DNA of 64,000 nucleotides from an uncultured Chloroflexia bacterium (GCA_963707215.1 CAVPPB010000003.1:1312001-1376000); one strand, 5' to 3'. Positions 9,402 through 19,884 are shown, counted from the first letter of the stretch. Numbers and translations are program-made. Notes: generated by a model not told the origin, from the letters alone.

Positions 9402-10798
9402 GGCCGCCCCGTCAGCCGGCCGTACTCGGTCAGCAGCCCCGCCACCTGGGTCTCCCAGGTGTACCGCTCGTGGGCCACCCGGAGCGCCTCGGCCCGCCGA
9501 GCGGCTCGCTGCTCCGGGCCCTCGTCGAGGATCCGCCGGATGGCTGCCGCGATGGAGACCGGGTCGACCGGATCGCAGAGCTCGCCGGCGCCCTCGACGG
9601 CGATCGCGGCCATCCCCGGCAGGTCCGAGGCGACCGCGGGGACCCCGACGGCGATCGCCTCGAGCAGCTTGTTCGGGGTCGTCAGGCGGTGGTTCAGGGT
9701 CGTCGGCTGGATCGGCATCGCCGCGACGTCGGCCGCGGCCACCCAGTCCAGGAGCTCGGTCGGCGGGACCGCCGGCAACACGAAGGCCCGGCCGACCAGG
9801 TCCGGCTCGCTGACCCGCCGCTCGAGGTCGTCGGCCATCGTCCCGTAGCCCATCAGGACGAGGACCGCGTCCGATAGGAGGGGGACGGCCGCGAGGAGCT
9901 GCTCGATCCCGCGATGGGGCGAGAAGCCCCCGTGATAGAGGACGACGGCGACGTCAGCCGGGAGACCGAGCCGCTCGTGGAAGCGCCTGATCGGCGGATC
10001 CGGCGGGTCGGTCCGGTAGGCGCAGTTCATGACCACCAGCGGGAGGTCGACCGGCCAACGGGCGACCATCACGTCGGCGTACGGACGATTGACCGTGACG
10101 ATCCGGTCGGCGCGCCGCGCCCAGCCCCGCTCGAGGCGGCCCAGGATCGAGCGGACCGGGCCGGGCAGGCGGGCGAGGTTGGCTGCGTCGAGGTAGATGT
10201 CCCGGGCGTCATAGACGACGCGCGCCCCACGTCGCTTCGCGAGGTCCAGGGCTACCGGGATGCCCATGTAGGCCATCCCGTGGTAGAGATCGGCGCCCGG
10301 GTCCACCGTGCGGCTGGCACGCTGCTGAGCGCGGACGGTCAGCCCGATCGCCGCCATGCGCCGGGCGGATCCGATCACCCGGCGGAATCGCCAGGTGGCC
10401 GAGGCGCCGTCGGCCGGGCGGGGCTCTTGGGTCGGGGCGTCCCCCCCGGAGCCCGCGGTGGTGTTCGGACGGCGTCGTCGGGCCCTGTACCGCTCGAGCC
10501 GCTCGACGACGGCTCCGGGCAGCGGCAGGCCCGCCAGCGCCGACACGGGGACCCTCCGGATCCGATAGCCGGCCGGATGCTGCTCGTCGGCGGGGAGGTC
10601 GGGAGCGAGACGGGCGACGACGGTGACCTCGTGGCCACGGGCCGCGATCGACGAGGCGATGCGGTACGTCCGGGAATCGTGCTCGGCCGTGGTCGGCAGC
10701 ACCAAGGCCAGGCGCTGGCGGACCGGAGCGCCGTCGGCCTGCGCGGCTGCGGCCGGCGCGTCGCTCGTGTCCACGACCCCCACGCGGGTGGCGGTCAC
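9395..10798 (-). CDS. Glycosyltransferase family 4
   Basis: C-terminal part of ORF 9395..12106; GTG 10798 overlaps the upstream stop. DSRTYRIA, VVYDARD, YHGGF, TTPNKLLEAIAVGVP. Confidence 0.88.
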   Translation of the reverse strand: MTATRVGVVDTSDAPAAAAQADGAPVRQRLALVLPTTAEHDSRTYRIASSIAARGHEVTVVARLAPDLPADEQHPAGYRIRRVPVSALAGLPLPGAVVERLERYRARRRRPNTTAGSGGDAPTQEPRPADGASATWRFRRVIGSARRMAAIGLTVRAQQRASRTVDPGADLYHGMAYMGIPVALDLAKRRGARVVYDARDIYLDAANLARLPGPVRSILGRLERGWARRADRIVTVNRPYADVMVARWPVDLPLVVMNCAYRTDPPDPPIRRFHERLGLPADVAVVLYHGGFSPHRGIEQLLAAVPLLSDAVLVLMGYGTMADDLERRVSEPDLVGRAFVLPAVPPTELLDWVAAADVAAMPIQPTTLNHRLTTPNKLLEAIAVGVPAVASDLPGMAAIAVEGAGELCDPVDPVSIAAAIRRILDEGPEQRAARRAEALRVAHERYTWETQVAGLLTEYGRLTGRPW

Positions 10799-12084
10799 GC
10801 GGCCGGGCCCTCCCGCTCGAGGTCCGCGTACAGGGCGACGAGCCCGGCGACCTCGGCTTCCCAGTTCCAGCGCTCGCGTGCCGCCCGGCGGCAGCGCGCT
10901 CGCAGGTCCTCGCTCGCCTCGGCGGGCAGATCGAGCAGCGAGCGGATCGCGGCCGCGATGGCCGCCGGGTCGGTCGGGTCGCAGACCACCCCGAGCGGCC
11001 CATCCGGATCGTCGAGCAGCACGCCCCGGATGCCCGGGAAGTCGCTCGCCACCACCGGGATGCCCGCGGCGAGCGATTCGAAGAGCTTGTTGGGCGTCGA
11101 GAGGACGTAGTTGAGGGAGTCGGGCTGGAGCGCCAGCGCCTCGACATCCGCCGAGGCGACCCAGTCCACGACGTCCTCGGGCGGTACCGGGTCGAGGACG
11201 TGGACCCGCCCGCCGGCCCGTCGATCGGCGGCCCGCTCGACGAGGAGCTCCCGCAGCGGGCCGAAACCCAGGAAGGCCACGTGCACACCGGCAAGCTCCG
11301 GGCGCAGGGCGGCGTCGGCGAGCTGCTCCAGGCCCCGGTGAGCCCGGAAACCACCGTGGTGGAGGACGATCCGGTCGGCGGGTGGGATGTCGAGCGCCTC
11401 CCGGAGCCGATCGGACGGCACCGGGGCATCGGGCCGCCGCGGAGGGCAGTTGTGGACCACGACGACGCGGCCGATGCCGAGGCCGGGCCCCAGGCGCTCG
11501 GCAAGGGCCTGGTTGACCGTGACCAGAGCCACGGCCTCGGCTGCCCAGCGGCGTTCCTGGGCATCGATCCGGGCGATCGCCCAGGCCGGCCGGCCGACGA
11601 AGCTGCCCGAGCCGAGGAAGAGCTCGTGACTGTCGTACACGACCCGCCCGCCGTTCCGTCGGGCAGCCTCGACCGCAGCCGGGAGGCCGGTCAGGTCGTG
11701 GCCGTGGTAGACATCGGCCGGTGGGGCCGCTCGCGCAGCGGTCCGGGCCCAACCGAGGTTGCCCAGCCACCAGGCGGCCAGCCAGTCGAGCGTGTCGAGG
11801 CGTGCCGGGCCGTGGACGGCCGGTCGTGGCCGGATCCGCCGGGCGACCCATGCGGCCAGCCGCCATGGGGCCCGGATCCAGCGCCACCAGCGTCGGTAGC
11901 GGGGCAGGCGGACGCGGATGATCTCCAGGTCGTCGCGCTGGGTGCGCTCGAGGGCCCGGGGTGAGCCCGGATCGAGCGTTCCGACGATGGTCAGCCGATG
12001 GCCGGCGTCGCGGAGACTGGCTGCCTCCTTGAGGACCCGGGCGTCTGCCGACAGGTCGTTGCGGACGAACATGACGACCTTCAC
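10795..12084 (-). CDS. Glycosyltransferase family 4
   Basis: DARVLKEA, YHGHDL, VVYDSHE, STPNKLFESLAAGIPVVASD. Confidence 0.9.
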   Translation of the reverse strand: MKVVMFVRNDLSADARVLKEAASLRDAGHRLTIVGTLDPGSPRALERTQRDDLEIIRVRLPRYRRWWRWIRAPWRLAAWVARRIRPRPAVHGPARLDTLDWLAAWWLGNLGWARTAARAAPPADVYHGHDLTGLPAAVEAARRNGGRVVYDSHELFLGSGSFVGRPAWAIARIDAQERRWAAEAVALVTVNQALAERLGPGLGIGRVVVVHNCPPRRPDAPVPSDRLREALDIPPADRIVLHHGGFRAHRGLEQLADAALRPELAGVHVAFLGFGPLRELLVERAADRRAGGRVHVLDPVPPEDVVDWVASADVEALALQPDSLNYVLSTPNKLFESLAAGIPVVASDFPGIRGVLLDDPDGPLGVVCDPTDPAAIAAAIRSLLDLPAEASEDLRARCRRAARERWNWEAEVAGLVALYADLEREGPAA

Positions 12085-12124
12085 CGGTCGTGCGGTCCCT
12101 CGTCATCCGGACGGTCGGTCGCCC

Positions 12125-13252
12125 TCACCGCCCGCTCTCCAGCGCCGCGGCGATCAGCTCGTCCGCGCCGACCCGTGGCACGACGACCCCCCGGGCCCGG
12201 GCCGCGGCCAGCTCGTCGGATCGGCCGGCCGGAGCCAGGCGGTCGAGCGCCTCGACGGCCCGGACCCGGTCGAGGCCCACCAGGACCATCCGGCCGCCCG
12301 ATCCGGCGACGGCCTCGACCCACTCGGTGGCATCGCGCAGGATCAGGCAGGGGACGCCCAGCCAGGCCGCCTCGCGCTGGACGCCGCCGGAGTCGGTGAG
12401 GACCGCGGCCGCGTGGAGCTGCAGGGCCAAGGCCGTCCGATATCCCACCGGCCGGACGACGCGCACGTCCCGGGACAGCTCGATCCCCGCGGTCGCCAGC
12501 GAGGCGGCCGTCCCGGGGTGGAGCGGCAGGACGACCGGCCGGTCGTCGCGGGCGACGGCCCCCAGGAGATCGGTCCAGCCGCGAAGCGCCTCCGCGGAAC
12601 GGTTCGCCGCCCGGTGGACCGTCGCCAGGAGGTAGCCGCCGGGACGGAGCTCGAGCCCGGGCGCCTCTGCTCGGAGTCGACCCTCGATGGGCTCGAGGAC
12701 GGCCGGGTCACGGACCTCCATCGCGGTCCGGGCAGCGAGGTCCTGGAGGACGTCGCCCACGAGGTGGACGCCGTCGACGATGCCCTCGGCAGCGAGGTTC
12801 GCCACGGCCGCCGGCGTCGGCGCGAAGCACCACCTCGAGAGATGATCCGCGACGACCCGGTTGACTTCCTCCGGCATCGATCGATCGAAGCTCCGAAGGC
12901 CGGCCTCGACGTGGGCGACCGTCAGGCCGAGCTTCGCTGCTACGAGCGCCCCCGCGAGGGTCGAGTTGGTGTCCCCGTAGACGAGGACGGCGTCGGGTCG
13001 CTCGGACTCGAGGATGGGTTCGAGCGCCGCCATCATCCGCCCGGTCTGCTCCGCCTGGCCGCCACCGCCGATCCCGAGGCTGTGGTCGGGTCGGGGCAAG
13101 CCGAGCTCGTCGAAGAAGTCGCCGGCCATGGCGTCGTCCCAGTGCTGGCCGGTGTCGACGAAGACCTCGTCATGGCGCTCGCGGAGCGCCGGCAGGAGAG
13201 CAGCCGCCTTGATGAGCTGCGGCCGGGTCCCGACGACCGAGACGAGGCGCAC
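12125..13252 (-). CDS. wecB: UDP-N-acetylglucosamine 2-epimerase, non-hydrolysing (WecB/WbpI family)
   Basis: VVGTRPQLIK, TGQH, YGDTNSTLAGAL, HVEAGLRS, MPEEVNR, TDSGGVQREA. GTG start at 13252 inferred. Confidence 0.92.
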   Translation of the reverse strand: MRLVSVVGTRPQLIKAAALLPALRERHDEVFVDTGQHWDDAMAGDFFDELGLPRPDHSLGIGGGGQAEQTGRMMAALEPILESERPDAVLVYGDTNSTLAGALVAAKLGLTVAHVEAGLRSFDRSMPEEVNRVVADHLSRWCFAPTPAAVANLAAEGIVDGVHLVGDVLQDLAARTAMEVRDPAVLEPIEGRLRAEAPGLELRPGGYLLATVHRAANRSAEALRGWTDLLGAVARDDRPVVLPLHPGTAASLATAGIELSRDVRVVRPVGYRTALALQLHAAAVLTDSGGVQREAAWLGVPCLILRDATEWVEAVAGSGGRMVLVGLDRVRAVEALDRLAPAGRSDELAAARARGVVVPRVGADELIAAALESGR

Positions 13253-13257
13253 GCCGG

Positions 13258-14700
13258 TCAGCCGCGGGTCGCGGCCCCGGCCAGGCCCCGACCCACCCCG
13301 GGCACGCCGACGCCCAGGTAGGTCACCCGATCGGGCAGGGCCAGGTCGCGGAGGCTGTTGCGACCGTCGTAGACGAGCTCGAGACCGGGGAAGCGCTCGA
13401 CGTCGAGCCTCCGCCAGGTCGGGTCGGCCGTCTGGGTGACGATCGCCCGCGCGACGGACTGCTCGCCCCACCGGTACGGGTCGGCCCCCAGGGCGGCGAC
13501 CTCCTCGTCGGAGAGGAGTGGGTCGGCAGCCGAGACGACGGCCCCGCGGACGCGGAGCTGCTCGATCAGCGGGAGCGCCCTCGAGTAGGCCAGCTCCTTG
13601 ACGCCGTCGCGATAGGTCAGCCCGAGGACGAGGACCGGGGCACCCTCGAGGCCGCCGAGCGTCTCCTGGATCGCCCGCACGGCCTGCCCGACCTGGCCGT
13701 CGTTGACCCGGCGGGACAGCTCCACGAGCTCCATCTCCGGGGCCCTCGACAGCAGGAAGTGCGGGTAGACGGGGATGCAGTGACCGCCGACGCCGATGCC
13801 CGGCTGGTGGATGTGGCTGTACGGCTGACTGTTGGCCGCGGCGATCACCTCGCCGATGTCCACCCCGACCCGGGCCGCGTAGCGGGCGAACTCGTTGGCC
13901 AGGGCGATGTTGACGTCACGGTAGGTCGTGTCGGCGAGCTTGCTGAACTCGGCGGCCTCCGCCGACGACATCCGGACGACCTCGGCATCGAGCACCGAGG
14001 CGTAGAACGCCGTCGCCCGGTCCCCGGACACGGGCCCGATGCCCCCCACGAGCTTGGGATACATGGCGAGGTTTCGGAGGGCCGAGCCGGAGTAGAGGCG
14101 TTCCGGGGAGAACGCGACGAAGAGGTCCGCGTCGCCGGACAGCCCGGACGCGTCCTCGAGCCGCGGCAGGTAGCGGCCCCGCGTGTCGCCGACCGGGAGG
14201 GTCGTCTCGAAGACGACCAGCGAACCGGCATGGACCCCCGGCCCGATCGCCTCGACGGCAGCGTCCATGAACCGATAGTCCGGCTGCTGCTCATCGTCCA
14301 GCATGACGGGGACGATGAGGACGACGACGTCCGCGGCCAGGGCCGCCGAGGCTCCGTCGGTCGTCGCCGAGAGAAGGCCGGCGCCGTGCGCCTCGGCCAC
14401 CATGTCGGCGAGACCGGGCTCTTCCGTGACGTGCGAGACCCCCGCGTTGATCGCGTCGACGACGGCCTGCTGGACATCCACCGCGATGACCCGCCAGCCG
14501 TGCGACGCGAACTGGGCGCAGAGCGGCAGGCCCATCTTGCCGGCGCCCACCACGGCGACGGTCCCGGCGGTCCCGGGCGCACCGGCCCACGTCTCGACCC
14601 GCCGGGCTGGCTCGTGCTCGCACGGGGCCAGCGCCGACTCGATCGAGCCGCCGAGGAGACTCGGCCCGGTGGCGGACGGGCGATCGACGATCCTGGTCAT
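13258..14700 (-). CDS. Nucleotide-sugar dehydrogenase (second paralog)
   Basis: GAGKMG, FETTLPVG, SPER, AEFSKLA, GVGGHCIPVYP. Confidence 0.9.
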   Translation of the reverse strand: MTRIVDRPSATGPSLLGGSIESALAPCEHEPARRVETWAGAPGTAGTVAVVGAGKMGLPLCAQFASHGWRVIAVDVQQAVVDAINAGVSHVTEEPGLADMVAEAHGAGLLSATTDGASAALAADVVVLIVPVMLDDEQQPDYRFMDAAVEAIGPGVHAGSLVVFETTLPVGDTRGRYLPRLEDASGLSGDADLFVAFSPERLYSGSALRNLAMYPKLVGGIGPVSGDRATAFYASVLDAEVVRMSSAEAAEFSKLADTTYRDVNIALANEFARYAARVGVDIGEVIAAANSQPYSHIHQPGIGVGGHCIPVYPHFLLSRAPEMELVELSRRVNDGQVGQAVRAIQETLGGLEGAPVLVLGLTYRDGVKELAYSRALPLIEQLRVRGAVVSAADPLLSDEEVAALGADPYRWGEQSVARAIVTQTADPTWRRLDVERFPGLELVYDGRNSLRDLALPDRVTYLGVGVPGVGRGLAGAATRG

Positions 14701-15749
14701 CGGATGCCAAGCCTCGTGGACAGGTCGGAGAGGTCGACGGGCCGCCGATCGCTGGCCGCAGTCAGGAGGGCGCCGGCGGTCGCCAGGGCCCAGAGGCCGT
14801 CCTCGGCGTCGACCACGGGCCGGCCGCCCTCGCGGACGACCGCGACGAAGGCGTCGAGCTCGGCCGCCAGGGGCTCGTGGGCGGTGACCGGCAGCTCGGC
14901 GACCTCGTTCTCGAAGGTGGGTGCGTAGCCGCGGATGAGGGTCGGGTGCGACACGTCGGCGGCCCGGGTGAAGGTCAGCCGCTGGGTGAGGTAGTCGAGC
15001 TCGAACATCCCCTCCTCGCCGGTCACGACGAGCTGGCGACGCTTCGCGGGGGTGAGCCAGTTGACGTCGAGTGTGCCGGTCGCACCGCCGGGGAAGTGGA
15101 GCAAGCCGAAGAGCAGGTCCTCGTGGTCGGCATGGACCCGCTGGGCGGTCTCGGCATACACGCGATCGGCGCGCTCCCCGACGACCCAGGAGAGGATGTC
15201 GACGTCATGGGTCGCCAGGTCGATCGTGACCCCCACGTCCCGGATCCGGGCGGGGAAGGGACCGGCCCGGCGGCTGGCGATCGCGTAGACCGTCGAGAGC
15301 CAGCCGTCCTCGATCAGCCGGCCCAGCTCCAGGACCGCCGGGTTGAAGCGCTCCACGTGACCGACCTGGACGGGAACGCCGGTCCGGCGGGAGGCGGCGA
15401 CGATCTCGAGGCCCTCGTCGACCGACGCCGCAAGCGGCTTCTCGACGAGGACCGCGACGCCACGCTCGATCGCCGTCATGGCGAGCGCGTGGTGGGCGGT
15501 CGTCGGCGCGGCGATCACGAGAGCGTCGAGCTCGGCCTCGGCCAGCATCGCGAGCGGTTCGGCGAACCCGGCGGCGCCCGTCCGCTGGATCGCCTCGTCG
15601 AGGGCAGCCGGGACCGGGTCGGCGACGGCCGCCAGCGTCGCATCGTCGCGGCCGCCGATCACCCGGAGGTGGTTCCGGCCCATCGACCCGAGCCCGGCCA
15701 GGCCGAAGCGCAGGCGGCGCTCGCCGGCCGGCGACCAGGCTGTCGTCAT
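14697..15749 (-). CDS. Gfo/Idh/MocA oxidoreductase (WbpB/WlbA-like 3-dehydrogenase)
   Basis: GLGSMG, LVEKP, GHVERFNP, DLATHDVD; adjacent to an aminotransferase and an acetyltransferase. Confidence 0.88.
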   Translation of the reverse strand: MTTAWSPAGERRLRFGLAGLGSMGRNHLRVIGGRDDATLAAVADPVPAALDEAIQRTGAAGFAEPLAMLAEAELDALVIAAPTTAHHALAMTAIERGVAVLVEKPLAASVDEGLEIVAASRRTGVPVQVGHVERFNPAVLELGRLIEDGWLSTVYAIASRRAGPFPARIRDVGVTIDLATHDVDILSWVVGERADRVYAETAQRVHADHEDLLFGLLHFPGGATGTLDVNWLTPAKRRQLVVTGEEGMFELDYLTQRLTFTRAADVSHPTLIRGYAPTFENEVAELPVTAHEPLAAELDAFVAVVREGGRPVVDAEDGLWALATAGALLTAASDRRPVDLSDLSTRLGIR

Positions 15750-16855
15750 CGGGCGACCGCCTCCGTGGCCTCGGCGCGGCGCAGGACGGCGTCGTGGACC
15801 GCGGCGATCACCTGCTCGACCTCGTCATCGGTCAGGCCGGGGAACATCGGCAGGGAGAGCGACCGGTCGGCGGCCCGGTCGGTCACCGGCAGGTCCGCCT
15901 CGATGCCCCGCTCCAGGACGTAGGCCTGGCGATGGACCGGGATCGGGTAGTAGATGCCGACCCCGATCCCCGCCTCCCGCAGGTCGCCGACGATGGCGTC
16001 CCGCGCGGGGCCAACGTCGAGGGTGTACTGGTGGTAGACGTGGGTCCGGTCGGCCGGGGTGACCGGCGTCCGGATCGGGAGGTCGGCGAAGCCGGCGTCG
16101 TAGGCCGCGGCGATGGCCTGCCGGCGAGTCGTGTTGCGCTCGAGCTTGTCGAGCTGGACGAGGCCGATCGCGGCGGCGATGTCGGTCAGCCGGAAGTTGT
16201 AGCCCAGGATGTCGTGGTGGTAGCGCTCCCGCATCCCCTGGTTGCGGTAGAGGCGGATCCAGTCGGCCAGCCGCTCGTCGTCGGTGGTGATGAGGCCGCC
16301 CTCGCCGGTCGTCAGGTTCTTGGTGCCGTAGAGGCTGAAGGCAGCGTGCCCGAACGAGCCGGCCCGAGCGCCCCGGAAGGTCGCCCCGTGGGCCTGGCAG
16401 GCGTCCTCGACGACCGCCACGCCGTGACGATCGGCGATGGCCCTGATCATGTCCATGTCGGCGACCAGCCCGAACAGGTGGACCGGGCAGATGGCCCGGG
16501 TCCGAGGCGTGATCGCACCCTCGATCCGGGCCGCGTCGATGAGGTAGGTGTCCGGTTCGATGTCGACGAAGACCGGGGTGGCGCCGGTCGAGAGGATGGC
16601 GCTCACCGTCGCGTTGAACGTGTGGCCGACGGTGATGACCTCGTCGCCCGGGCCCAGGCCCAGCCCGGCGTAGATGCACATCAGGGCGACCGTGCCGTTG
16701 CTGACGGCGACCGCCTCGTTCGTCCCGACGAACTCGGCCCACCTGCGCTCGAGGTCGGCGACGCGGGAGCCCTGGGCGATCATGCCGCTGCGAAGGACCT
16801 TGCTGACGGCGTCGATCTCCTCCTGGCCGATGTCGGGACGGACCTGCGGGATCAT
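15746..16855 (-). CDS. DegT/DnrJ/EryC1/StrS sugar aminotransferase (WbpE-like)
   Basis: SNGTVAL, VHLFG, EDACQAHG, PLP lysine in SLYGTKNLTTGEGG, GYNFRL. Confidence 0.93.
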   Translation of the reverse strand: MIPQVRPDIGQEEIDAVSKVLRSGMIAQGSRVADLERRWAEFVGTNEAVAVSNGTVALMCIYAGLGLGPGDEVITVGHTFNATVSAILSTGATPVFVDIEPDTYLIDAARIEGAITPRTRAICPVHLFGLVADMDMIRAIADRHGVAVVEDACQAHGATFRGARAGSFGHAAFSLYGTKNLTTGEGGLITTDDERLADWIRLYRNQGMRERYHHDILGYNFRLTDIAAAIGLVQLDKLERNTTRRQAIAAAYDAGFADLPIRTPVTPADRTHVYHQYTLDVGPARDAIVGDLREAGIGVGIYYPIPVHRQAYVLERGIEADLPVTDRAADRSLSLPMFPGLTDDEVEQVIAAVHDAVLRRAEATEAVAR

Positions 16856-17514
16856 GCGGGAGCACCTCTGGGTGGGACGAGCGGTCGCTCGACGAGCAGC
16901 TCGTCGTCGGGATCGTAGACGTAGACGCGTCCGCAGGACGGACAGGCGAGGTCGTCATCGTGGTCCGGCTCAGCCGGAGCCGGGGCGTCGCCGGAACGGA
17001 GGCGAGCACCGCAGGCACAGACCCAGCCGAGCCGGCGAGCCGGGTTGCCGACGACCAGGGCATGGTCGGGAACGGCACGGGTGACGACCGCACCGGCCCC
17101 GACCGTCGCGAAGCGACCGACGTCGATGCCGGCCACGACGACCGCGCCGGCCCCGATGGAGCAGCCGTGGCGGAGGACGATCGGGCTGACCGCCCAGTCG
17201 TCGGCCCGGGCGAGCTCGCCGGTGGCGGTGATGGCCCGCGGGAAGCGGTCGTTCGTCAGGATCGCATTGGGCCCGATGAAGACCCCATCCTCGACGGTCA
17301 CGCCGTGGTAGACGAGGGCGGCGTTCTGGATCTTGACCCGGTCGCCGATGGCGACGCCCTCGTCGATGAAGGCGTCGCGTCCGACGACGCACTCGGCACC
17401 GATGCGGGCCCCGGTCCGGATCTGCGCCCGATGCCAGACCGAGGTCCGAGGGCCCACCGCCACGTCAGCCTCGACGTCGGCCGTGGGGTGGACGCGCGCG
17501 GTCGGGTCGATCAC
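16852..17514 (-). CDS. Hexapeptide-repeat N-acetyltransferase (WbpD/WlbB-like)
   Basis: VHPTA, IGDRVKIQN, FIGPNAILTND, IGAGAVV, GNPAR, C-terminal CxC...CxxC. Start uncertain (17514 or 17601). Confidence 0.9.
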   Translation of the reverse strand: MIDPTARVHPTADVEADVAVGPRTSVWHRAQIRTGARIGAECVVGRDAFIDEGVAIGDRVKIQNAALVYHGVTVEDGVFIGPNAILTNDRFPRAITATGELARADDWAVSPIVLRHGCSIGAGAVVVAGIDVGRFATVGAGAVVTRAVPDHALVVGNPARRLGWVCACGARLRSGDAPAPAEPDHDDDLACPSCGRVYVYDPDDELLVERPLVPPRGAPA

Positions 17515-17825
17515 GGGGACGATGGGCTCCTGTCCTGGCTCGGGCTCGGTCGCACGGGGATCGGGTCGGTCGGGGGGACCGTGCCGCGCGCAGACGACCA
17601 AGCCCGGAGTATAGCCGAGGCCCGTCGACTGACCGGCGGCGGGAGGCGGCGGGCGGAGCCGGGGCGGGATCCACTTGGGCAGCCGCGGTATCCTGCCGCT
17701 CGTGCCGGCATCGGAGCGCCGGCCATCGATGGGAGGACCGGACGCTGCGTGATCGTCGGGGCGCCACTGAGCTGCTGGGTGCCCCCTGCCGGGACGTCCG
17801 ACTCGGGCGCCTGAGCCTCATCACG

Positions 17826-18965
17826 ATGTTGATCGCGTCGACGCTTGCCGCCTGCGGTAGCGCGTCCTCCACACCTGGGGGATCGGCGTCGCCCGACCCG
17901 GTGGCCGTCCTGCCGAGCCCGAGCCCGTCGCCGAGCCCGTCACCGAGTCCATCCCCCTCGCCCAGCCCATCACCGACACCCGAGCCGACGCCGGTCCTGG
18001 TCCCGGCACCGCTCACCGGTCGACCGGTCGCCCCCGAACTCACGCTGCGGCGGCCGATCGCGGTGATGGTCGACGACCTGCGGCCCGCCCGGCCGCAGTC
18101 CGGGTTCACCGACGCCTCGGTCGTCTGGCACGCCCCCGCCGAGGGAGGGATCCCTCGCTACATGATGGTCTTCGCCGAAGGCGATCCTCCGGCGGTCGGG
18201 CCGGTCCGCAGCTCCCGCGAGTACTACGTCGGCTGGGCGGCCGAATGGAACGCCCTGTATGTCCACGTCGGCGGGTCGCCCCAGTCGCTCCGGACGCTAC
18301 GGGAGAAGGGCAACGGCCAGCTCGTCTGGAACGCCGACGAGTTCCGCTGGGGCAAGTACTTCCGCCGGATCAAGGAGCGCTACGCCCCGCACAACGTCTA
18401 TACCGACGCGAAGCGCCTCCGCGCGCTCCTGGAGGCCGTCGGCGCCGGCGACCTGGACACGCCGCCGACGCCCGCGTGGTCGTTCGAGCCCGATCCCCCG
18501 GTCGCCGAGCGGCCCGAGGGCGGACGCATCGTCGTCCCCTACCCCTACAACGAGATCGTCTACACGTACGACCGGCGCACCAACACCTACCCACGAGCGG
18601 TCACCGGTGAGAAGGCCCAGGTCGACGCCACGACGAAGGTCCGCGTCGCCCCGAAGAGCGTCATCGTGATGTTCATGCGCTTCGGGCGACTGGACGACGG
18701 ACATCCCGAGAAGCGCCGCCTGGAGGCGGACTTCATCGGCACCGGCGAGGCGCTGATCGCGACCGGCGGGCGGACGATCGCGGGGACCTGGGAGAAGGCC
18801 TCGGCCACCGCGCCGACCCGCTTCCTCGATGCCGACGGCGAGCCGGTGACCCTGACGGTCGGCCAGACGTTCATCCAGGTGGTCACGACCGGGACCAAGG
18901 TGACCGTGAAGGACGGCCGCGTGCCGCCGCCGCCCAAGGACCCGGCAGCTTCGACGCTGCTCTAG
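17826..18965 (+). CDS. DUF3048 (YerB-like) lipoprotein
   Basis: Lipobox LAAC, Pro/Ser linker, PLTG, RPIAVMVDD, ARPQSG, EGGIPRY, GPVRSSR, APHNVY. Confidence 0.85.
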   Translation: MLIASTLAACGSASSTPGGSASPDPVAVLPSPSPSPSPSPSPSPSPSPSPTPEPTPVLVPAPLTGRPVAPELTLRRPIAVMVDDLRPARPQSGFTDASVVWHAPAEGGIPRYMMVFAEGDPPAVGPVRSSREYYVGWAAEWNALYVHVGGSPQSLRTLREKGNGQLVWNADEFRWGKYFRRIKERYAPHNVYTDAKRLRALLEAVGAGDLDTPPTPAWSFEPDPPVAERPEGGRIVVPYPYNEIVYTYDRRTNTYPRAVTGEKAQVDATTKVRVAPKSVIVMFMRFGRLDDGHPEKRRLEADFIGTGEALIATGGRTIAGTWEKASATAPTRFLDADGEPVTLTVGQTFIQVVTTGTKVTVKDGRVPPPPKDPAASTLL

Positions 18966-19768
18966 GCTCCGGCCGACCCCGACCCGCCGCTCTCGTCGCC
19001 ACGCCGGCCCGTCCGACGCAGCCTGCCCAGGACCTCCTCGGCTCGCAGTTGGACGACGACGACGAGGGCCTCGGCGACGATCCGCCGGCTCATCTTGGAG
19101 GCGCCGACCCGACGGTCGCGGAAGACGATCGGGACCTCGCGGACCGCGGCCCCGGACCGGCTCGCCCGGTAGGTCATCTCGATCTGGAACACGTAGCCAC
19201 CAGCGTGAATCCCCTCGAACGGGATCGCCGCCAGCGTCGCTGCCCGCCAGGCCTTGAACCCGCCGGTCAGGTCGTGGGGCGAGAGGCCCAGGACGAGCCG
19301 GGCGAAGGTGCTGCCACCACGCGAGATCAACCGTCTGCCGAGGCCCCAGTCTTCGACGGCCCCGCCTCGCACGTAGCGCGACCCGATGACAAGGTCGGCC
19401 CCACCCATCTCGATCGGCTGGAGCAGGGTCGGCAGCGCAGCCGGGTCGTGCGACCAGTCGGCGTCCATCTGGACGACCCGTTCCGCGCCCCCACCGATCG
19501 CCACCCCGAAGCCGTCGAGGTAGGCGCGTCCCAGCCCCTTCTTGCCGGGTCGGTGATGGACCCGGATCCGGGGGTCCGCAGCGGCCAGCTCCTCGGCGAG
19601 TCGGCCGGTCCCGTCCGGCGATGCGTCGTCGACGACGAGCAACGTCGCTCCCGGGAGGACCTCGAGGATCCGGGCCGAGATGCCCGGCAGGTTGTCGGCC
19701 TCGTCGTACGTGGGCAGGACGACCCAGGTGCCGGCCCCGGCGACCGGCGTGGTCGATGCAGCACTCAT
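18962..19768 (-). CDS. Polyprenol-monophosphomannose synthase (GT2, Ppm1/DPM1-like)
   Basis: VLPTYDE, VDDASPDGT, GLGRAY, QMDADWSHDP, DLTGGFK, GYVFQIE, GASKMS. Confidence 0.92.
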   Translation of the reverse strand: MSAASTTPVAGAGTWVVLPTYDEADNLPGISARILEVLPGATLLVVDDASPDGTGRLAEELAAADPRIRVHHRPGKKGLGRAYLDGFGVAIGGGAERVVQMDADWSHDPAALPTLLQPIEMGGADLVIGSRYVRGGAVEDWGLGRRLISRGGSTFARLVLGLSPHDLTGGFKAWRAATLAAIPFEGIHAGGYVFQIEMTYRASRSGAAVREVPIVFRDRRVGASKMSRRIVAEALVVVVQLRAEEVLGRLRRTGRRGDESGGSGSAGA

Positions 19769-19884
19769 GGGATGGCAGTGTACGGCCGCGATCCGGCATG
19801 ACGGCCGGGCGACCCAGCCCGAGGGCCCGGCTACGTCTCGCCGGCCTGATCCGGGCCGATGGGCCTGCGGCCGTCAGCGGTCCG

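Noticed and set aside
17910-17995. Pro-Ser low-complexity repeat in the DUF3048 lipoprotein
   Set aside because: An ordinary flexible linker with varied codons, common in secreted proteins of this kind.
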